Below, piece by piece: positions 58,031 to 64,000 of a stretch of 64,000 nt of DNA; position 1 is the first letter of the stretch, and each line of letters opens with the position of its first letter. The notes under the pieces were generated by a model. The model was not told where the DNA came from. It made no database searches and was given only the letters and a program-made list of their open reading frames with translations. The position numbers and the translations under genes are program-made. The stretch spans positions 64,001 through 128,000 of the forward strand of contig CAXXVK010000062.1 in NCBI GenBank assembly GCA_963676915.2, read 5' to 3'. This stretch comes from Myxococcota bacterium (GTDB lineage Bacteria > Myxococcota_A > SURF-8 > G963663525).

Positions 58031-59845
58031 ATGCCGAATCTATTGAAATTTACTACACTTTTCCTGCTTCTTTCGTCGCTCTCCGTTGCGTGTTCCACGA
58101 AACCGACCTGGGTTCTCGATCGTCAGGTGCCGGTTGAAAACGATGCCCTCGACCAATCGCTCTGGCAGGAAATCGACAGCCTCTACAGCGAGTGGACGAA
58201 AAAAGAAGGACATCCCAAAAACGTTCCGACGCCTGACCCCGTTTTGAATCAAGCCGCCAAACAGCTTGCCGAGCTTGGGTTGGTCACCGATGGCGAAAGC
58301 CCCAACCGTTACGCCGCTCGTATTCTGGCCGATGCTGGAGAATATGCCCTGCCCTTCCACGCGGCATGGTTCAAAAGTTCGGATGAGCACGAGCTTGCTC
58401 AAAAAATCATGCCAAGGCTTTTGACCCTGGAGCAAAACGGTTACCGGTTTTGGGGGGTTGCAACCGCCCGAAACGACAAGGAAATCATCGTTGCTTTACT
58501 GACGATCCGACGGGATGTCGCGTTCGATCATCCCCTGCCGTCCTGGATTCAAGCGAATCAGCCGTTTCACCTTTCGGGAACCGTCACCGACGATATCGGC
58601 CGCCTTCAGTTCGTAGTTCTCGCTCCTGATGGAACGATTCGCAAACGTTTCGTTCCCTATCTCGGAGGTCGTTTTTCCCTCGATGTAACTCTTTCAAAGA
58701 AGGGTTGGTATTACCTGCAATTCGACATTGGCGAGGAAAATCACGGGCGGCGCAACGCTTCTATCGTGCCGTTGTACGTTGGGGATTCGAAGCCGGACGA
58801 CATTAAAATCGCTACTGCGATGTCGGTTCAATCCAAGGACTTCGCCAAAGCGATGCATGTCAATATTTCCATATGGAATCAATGGCTTCCGGAAGGTCCC
58901 CCCCGCCGACTACCCCAAGCGGAACGTTTTCTGGCCGAACAGGCTCAACGAGAAGCCCAACAGCTTTCCCCCGGACAAAGCGGCTTTTATCGTCATGTTT
59001 CCTATGGATCGAATCGTAACAGCCAGATTGACTGCTCGATCCTGTCCCAGTGGACCGATGACCTCGGCTTTCTGGTACAAGCCAATTCCGTAAGTCCAAC
59101 CTACCGATTTTGGAGTACGGGACGAACCGCCAATGCCTACGAAGCCTACAGTGTTCCGAGTCGGGGAGGCTATCGGGTGCTTGAAATCGTCTGTGGCGAG
59201 AAGCGACCCAACCTGTTCGATATCGGTCTACGTCTCCCCATGGACCGTCTTGGATCTTTGTTGGAACTGGAAGACGAGGAGTTCGAAGCGTCCGTAGGAG
59301 TCACTTGGAACGAACCCAAAGAACGCAAGCGAGAAGACTGGATCGTGCTGGCAGCGTTGGAAGTTTATGAAAAATCGGGGGATTTCATCGAATACCTGCA
59401 AAGCTTCGCCAAATTGGGAAAAGAAGATCAGGTAGAACTGGCCAAACGGCTGGAGTCTCCCGTTTCCCGTCAGGTGGATAATCTCTTGAGCGTCGCCTTG
59501 AAAAAGCACGGTACGAAGGAATCCGATGAAGGAGCCATTCGCTCGTTGTTGTTCAAAACGTTGTTGGTCGCCGGACGTTTGCCAGAGGCCAGAGAAGAAC
59601 TGGAGCGCTGGCAAAAAGATAACCTCGTCCAGACCGCGAACGGTTCTGCACGTTTGGAACTGGCACGTGGCTGGCTGGCGATTGCCTCGGGAAATTCCGA
59701 GGATGCCTTGATCCATTTACAACACGCTCGAATGAAATTCCGACAGCTTCGTTTCGATCTGACCGAAGAGCAAATCCGTCGCCAAATCCGGGATTTAGTG
59801 AAAGATCAAGGGTTTCCACCACCTCCCGCAACGGTTTGGGATTGA
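58031..59845 (+). CDS. Hypothetical lipoprotein (degenerate CAP-like/Ig-like and TPR segments)
   Basis: ATG at 58031 followed by a signal peptide with lipobox SVA-C; the upstream ORF extension overlaps the sRNA and is not credible. Confidence 0.7.
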   Translation: MPNLLKFTTLFLLLSSLSVACSTKPTWVLDRQVPVENDALDQSLWQEIDSLYSEWTKKEGHPKNVPTPDPVLNQAAKQLAELGLVTDGESPNRYAARILADAGEYALPFHAAWFKSSDEHELAQKIMPRLLTLEQNGYRFWGVATARNDKEIIVALLTIRRDVAFDHPLPSWIQANQPFHLSGTVTDDIGRLQFVVLAPDGTIRKRFVPYLGGRFSLDVTLSKKGWYYLQFDIGEENHGRRNASIVPLYVGDSKPDDIKIATAMSVQSKDFAKAMHVNISIWNQWLPEGPPRRLPQAERFLAEQAQREAQQLSPGQSGFYRHVSYGSNRNSQIDCSILSQWTDDLGFLVQANSVSPTYRFWSTGRTANAYEAYSVPSRGGYRVLEIVCGEKRPNLFDIGLRLPMDRLGSLLELEDEEFEASVGVTWNEPKERKREDWIVLAALEVYEKSGDFIEYLQSFAKLGKEDQVELAKRLESPVSRQVDNLLSVALKKHGTKESDEGAIRSLLFKTLLVAGRLPEAREELERWQKDNLVQTANGSARLELARGWLAIASGNSEDALIHLQHARMKFRQLRFDLTEEQIRRQIRDLVKDQGFPPPPATVWD

Positions 59846-60140
59846 TCCGACACGCGGTAAATATATTGATGCACAACCACAGCAAACATGACATATTTTC
59901 TTAAAATTTTCTGGCTTTCAACAAAATCTTTCTGCATAATTAGATATACTAAGTAATCTTAATCAGTATTTTGGTTTGTTTACTTGCAGCGTGCTAACCC
60001 ACCTTTGCCAATTTACTCTCGCTTTTAAAGATGTCGAATAAAATGGTGTATTTCTAGATATTAGCTTTTGTGTTCTTTTCATATGGAACATAAAAGTTTC
60101 AATTGGTGGTAAACAATATCTACGAAGAGGAGTTGAAACA

Positions 60141-60440
60141 ATGAGCGCAGACCAGAAGATAAGCACTGAAATGCTGGAAAATGCCGTAAGCCAATGCGGA
60201 AACAGTTTTGATACCCATGAAGTGATTCGTATCCTCATGAAAGATAATCCGCATGCTTACGTAAATCACCTTTCCAAACTAATGCATACGGAAGATCCCA
60301 TCCTGCAAGGTAACGCTCTGATCGGACGTAAGCTTAAAAATGATTGCGACGTTCTATCAATCATGAAGGACGAAAAAGTGAATAGCCCCAATCTTCGGAA
60401 TCAGGATGAGACGATGAATCAAGGTTGGAAAAAATTATAA
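60141..60440 (+). CDS. Hypothetical protein in an AT-rich islet
   Basis: GAGGAG RBS, 99-aa ORF with AT-rich flanks. Confidence 0.6.
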   Translation: MSADQKISTEMLENAVSQCGNSFDTHEVIRILMKDNPHAYVNHLSKLMHTEDPILQGNALIGRKLKNDCDVLSIMKDEKVNSPNLRNQDETMNQGWKKL

Positions 60441-60763
60441 ACGAAACACCACTAACATCTCGCTAACAAGTTAATAATATTCATTCTTTTTCGGCATTAC
60501 TCAAGACTGACCATGTGATTTTTCACCTGATTGGGAGGTGATTTTTTGTCATCAGTTAGTAAATAATCTCTCGACAACTATTTTTCTGATAGTGTCACGA
60601 ATTTCCTCCACAACGCCGAGAATCCGGGTGCTGAAAAAAATGTTTCCGCCATGCGTCAATTTTGGTTGCGAAGCATGAACCTTATATAGTAAGAATACGC
60701 AACGATTCTCGGACGTCGATCGAAGCGGCGACGTCAATACACAAGGAAAACGGGGTGGAGGTC

Positions 60764-61531
60764 ATGTTCGAATCGATCGTGCGTCAATTTCTCTACCATC
60801 CGACCCATTTGGAGCCGGAAGCCCCTCTTCCTTCCTACGCCAGAGATGCCAAAGAGTGCTTTTTCGACACCGAAGACGGCAACCGCGTCCATGCCCTGTA
60901 TTGGCCTGCCGCCTCCCAGCAACCCACCATCGTCTTTTTCCATGGAAACGCTCAATCGGTCTATGAATGGGCGCTTATACGGGAAGACTTTTTAACACTG
61001 AATTGCGGATTGCTGCTCGTCGATTATCCGGGTTATGGAAAAAGCACGGGAACTCCAAGCGAATCCTCTTTGTTTTCATGCGGTTATGCAACGCTGGACT
61101 ATGCCGAAAAAACGCTGAATCTCAACGAAAACGACATCGTGCTTTTCGGCAAATCGCTGGGAGGAGCCGTCGTCACGGAGATTGCACAGAACAAACGCTT
61201 TCGTACCGTGGTTCTCGAATCCACATTTACGTCCATTCCGTCTGTGGCACGTAACCTGATTCCGATTCTGCCCGCCGATGCGATATTCAAGTCGGAACGC
61301 TATGCTTCCATTGAAAAAATTCCGGCTTTGCAAAGTCCGCTTTTGGTGATCCACGGCGAAAAAGACGACCTGATTCCCGTCGAAGAGGGAAAAAAGCTGT
61401 TCGAACGCGCCGAAACGTCCAAAAAACTGTATCTTGCTCCCCAAGCGGGACACAACGATGTTTCCATGATGGAAGGACTTCGTTACGCAACCACCATTCG
61501 GGAATGGCTCGATGGCCTCGACGGAACATGA
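60764..61531 (+). CDS. Alpha/beta hydrolase (ABHD17/BEM46-like)
   Basis: FFHGNA, DYPGYGKSTGTPSE, GKSLGG, HGEKDD and AGHND motifs; GGAGG RBS. Confidence 0.9.
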   Translation: MFESIVRQFLYHPTHLEPEAPLPSYARDAKECFFDTEDGNRVHALYWPAASQQPTIVFFHGNAQSVYEWALIREDFLTLNCGLLLVDYPGYGKSTGTPSESSLFSCGYATLDYAEKTLNLNENDIVLFGKSLGGAVVTEIAQNKRFRTVVLESTFTSIPSVARNLIPILPADAIFKSERYASIEKIPALQSPLLVIHGEKDDLIPVEEGKKLFERAETSKKLYLAPQAGHNDVSMMEGLRYATTIREWLDGLDGT

Positions 61532-61588
61532 CACACCCGAAACGCAACCAAGAAACCGATCCGTTCATTATCCAAGGGAGATTTTCGC

Positions 61589-62680
61589 GTGAAACTGGTT
61601 CTCGAAGACAATAGCATCTGGGAAGGCCGATCTTTCGGCGCTTCTACGGGATTCGAAGGAGAAGTGGTGTTCAACACCGGGATGACCGGCTATGTCGAAA
61701 CCCTTACCGATCCCTCTTACAAAGGTCAAATTCTCGTCTGCACGTATCCGCTGCAAGGCAACTACGGCGTTCCCGAACCGGAAGAACGCGATGGCCTGCC
61801 CTGGCCGTTCGAATCCGATCGGATTCAGGTATCGGGGTTGATCGTCACCCGCCATAGCGAGCGTCACAGCCACCACGCAGCCGCCAAAACCCTGGGGCAA
61901 TGGTTGAGTGAGCAGGGAATTCCCGCTATCGAAGACGTGGATACCCGCGCATTGACCCGCCTTTTGCGTGAAAAAGGCACGATGCGAGGAAAAATTCTGC
62001 CGGAAAGTGATACGGCGCGCTTGGCCGAGCTGCCCCAAGTAAATATGCCGGAAGTGGTGGACCTCGTTTCCTGCAAATCCCCACAAAAATATGAACGAGG
62101 AAACATCCATATCGCGCTCGTGGATTGCGGCATGAAACGCAACATTCTACGTAGTCTTCTCAAACGCGATTTAAGCGTAACGGTCGTTCCCTGGGATTAC
62201 GATCTGGAAAGCATGTACGATGAAGTAGACGGCTACTTTATCAGCAACGGACCGGGCGACCCCAAAGACGCTGAAATCCTGATCGGCAACCTTCGCAAAT
62301 TGTTGAAGCGGGACAAGCCGGTTTTCGGCATCTGTCTGGGACATCAATTGCTTGCACTAGCCGCCGGAGCCGATACCTACAAGCTTCCCTACGGCCACCG
62401 TTCGCAAAATCAGCCGGTTCAGGACTTGCTTACCCGACGGTGCTTCATCACCAGCCAGAACCACGGCTACGCGGTCGATAACGACTCTCTACCCCACGAC
62501 TGGGACACCTGGTTCGTCAACGTCAACGATGAAACCAACGAGGGAATCCGCTGCGTTTCCGGGCCGTTCGCCTCGGTGCAATTCCACCCCGAAGCCAGTC
62601 CCGGCCCAACCGACACCGCCTATTTATTCGATGAATTTGTACGTATGATCGCACGTTCGAGGTTTGTCCATGTTCGGTAA
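61589..62680 (+). CDS. carA: Carbamoyl-phosphate synthase small subunit
   Basis: [26 protein letters not shown] and [10 protein letters not shown] motifs. Confidence 0.97.
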   Translation: MKLVLEDNSIWEGRSFGASTGFEGEVVFNTGMTGYVETLTDPSYKGQILVCTYPLQGNYGVPEPEERDGLPWPFESDRIQVSGLIVTRHSERHSHHAAAKTLGQWLSEQGIPAIEDVDTRALTRLLREKGTMRGKILPESDTARLAELPQVNMPEVVDLVSCKSPQKYERGNIHIALVDCGMKRNILRSLLKRDLSVTVVPWDYDLESMYDEVDGYFISNGPGDPKDAEILIGNLRKLLKRDKPVFGICLGHQLLALAAGADTYKLPYGHRSQNQPVQDLLTRRCFITSQNHGYAVDNDSLPHDWDTWFVNVNDETNEGIRCVSGPFASVQFHPEASPGPTDTAYLFDEFVRMIARSRFVHVR

Positions 62681-64000
62681 TTATCTTCCCTTAAAGCCTA
62701 AAAAAGTTCTGATTCTCGGTTCCGGCGCCTTGAAAATCGGCGAAGCGGGCGAGTTCGACTATTCAGGAAGCCAGGCGATCAAAGCGCTGAAAGAAGAAGG
62801 CATCCAAACGGTGCTCGTCAATCCGAACATCGCCACGATTCAGACCAGCGAAGGCATGGCGGACCGGACCTACTTCCTGCCTGTAACTGCGCAATTCGTC
62901 GAGCAGGTCATCCGTGAAGAACAGGTAGATAGCATCATCCTGGGATTCGGCGGACAAACGGCGCTCAACTGCGGCCTGGAACTCGAAGAAACCGGCGTGC
63001 TCGATCGCCTGGATGTGCGCGTCATCGGAACGCAGGTCGAATCGATCCGCAACACCGAGGACCGTAAGCTTTTCGTCGATAAACTCAACGAAATCCATGT
63101 CAAAACGGCCCGTGCCGTTGCCTGCGATTCTCAAGCGGAAGCCCGCAAGGCAGCGCTCGAAACCATCGGACTGCCAGTCATTTTGCGGGGTGCGTTCTCC
63201 CTGGGAGGCAAAGGCAGCGCCATCGTAAGCACCGAAGAAGAACTGGATAAAGTGCTGCCCGTCGCTTTTTCGGGTAGCCCGCAGGTGCTCGTCGAGGAAA
63301 GCCTCGCCGGATGGAAAGAGATCGAATACGAAGTGGTGCGCGACGGAAAGGACAACTGCCTGACCGTCTGCAACATGGAAAACATCGATCCGATGGGCAT
63401 CCACACCGGAGAGTCCATCGTCGTCGCTCCGTCACAGACCCTGAACAACCACGAATACCACATGCTTCGGGAACTGGCGATTCGCACGGTTCGGCATCTG
63501 GGAATCGTTGGGGAGTGCAACATCCAATACGCGCTCGACCCCTCTAGCGACGAATACCGCGTCATCGAAGTCAACGCCCGCCTGAGCCGTTCTTCGGCGC
63601 TGGCCAGCAAAGCCACCGGCTATCCTCTGGCGTACATCGCCGCAAAGCTCGCGCTTGGTTATACGTTGCACGAACTGACCAACCTGATCACCCGCCGTAC
63701 CAGCGCATTTTTCGAACCGGCGCTGGACTACTGCGTCATCAAATGCCCGCGCTGGGATCTGGAGAAATTCACCGGAGCGGAAGTCAAAATCGGCACCGAA
63801 ATGAAAAGCGTCGGCGAGGTGATGAGTATTGGCCGAAGCTTTACCGAAGCGCTGCAAAAAGCCTTGCGCATGGTCGGTCTGGGCGTCAACGGTCTGGAAC
63901 CGGATGCCTTCGAGTTCGAAAACCTCGAATACGAGTTACAGAATCCTTCTCCCAAACGGATTTTCGCGGTCGGCAAAGCGCTTGAAAGCGGCATGGATGT
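62670..64000 (+). CDS. carB: Carbamoyl-phosphate synthase large subunit (3'-truncated by window)
   Basis: Manually read from ATG 62670: [39 protein letters not shown] and [20 protein letters not shown]. Absent from the ORF track because there is no stop in the window. Confidence 0.96.
   Translation, partial: MFGNYLPLKPKKVLILGSGALKIGEAGEFDYSGSQAIKALKEEGIQTVLVNPNIATIQTSEGMADRTYFLPVTAQFVEQVIREEQVDSIILGFGGQTALNCGLELEETGVLDRLDVRVIGTQVESIRNTEDRKLFVDKLNEIHVKTARAVACDSQAEARKAALETIGLPVILRGAFSLGGKGSAIVSTEEELDKVLPVAFSGSPQVLVEESLAGWKEIEYEVVRDGKDNCLTVCNMENIDPMGIHTGESIVVAPSQTLNNHEYHMLRELAIRTVRHLGIVGECNIQYALDPSSDEYRVIEVNARLSRSSALASKATGYPLAYIAAKLALGYTLHELTNLITRRTSAFFEPALDYCVIKCPRWDLEKFTGAEVKIGTEMKSVGEVMSIGRSFTEALQKALRMVGLGVNGLEPDAFEFENLEYELQNPSPKRIFAVGKALESGMD

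Noticed and set aside
60450-60561. attC-like site after the 99-aa ORF (CACTAAC...GTTAGTA)
   Set aside because: The inner L boxes do not pair convincingly, it is a single copy, and there is no integrase.

Overview
Bacterial chromosomal window of moderate GC. The gene content looks like a Myxococcota/deltaproteobacterium-like organism (inference from Cys-rich secreted lipoproteins, an SgmX-like TPR protein, a DnaJ-HTH plus MinD pair and a sigma54 promoter). Core content: a surface-polysaccharide cluster (GT4, GT2, Wzy-like, Wzz-like), GH31, lysC-lysA-dapL-panC, PNP, rhomboid, acnA, pfk and carAB. Four or five single-base frameshifts, mostly at homopolymer runs, probably reflect assembly errors. 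The most interesting non-core signals are: (1) an AT-rich orphan RHS toxin-tip/immunity array at 32.1-34.0 kb whose cassettes are delimited by a duplicated ~170-bp element (REP doublet plus conserved tail), with REPs related to those flanking a RAYT transposase at 44.6-45.2 kb; (2) an unannotated ~170-nt sigma54-driven small RNA candidate with promoter, candidate enhancer and terminator at 57.55-57.87 kb; (3) an attenuator-like lysC leader; (4) a 21-bp-period repeat array upstream of pfk; (5) a second REP-doublet family; (6) unusual secreted repeat proteins (CTDC-like repeats plus an FGE domain, a YD/DxDCDG hybrid repeat, and a split PA-IL-like lectin). All family assignments come from motif recognition by eye; no searches were run.
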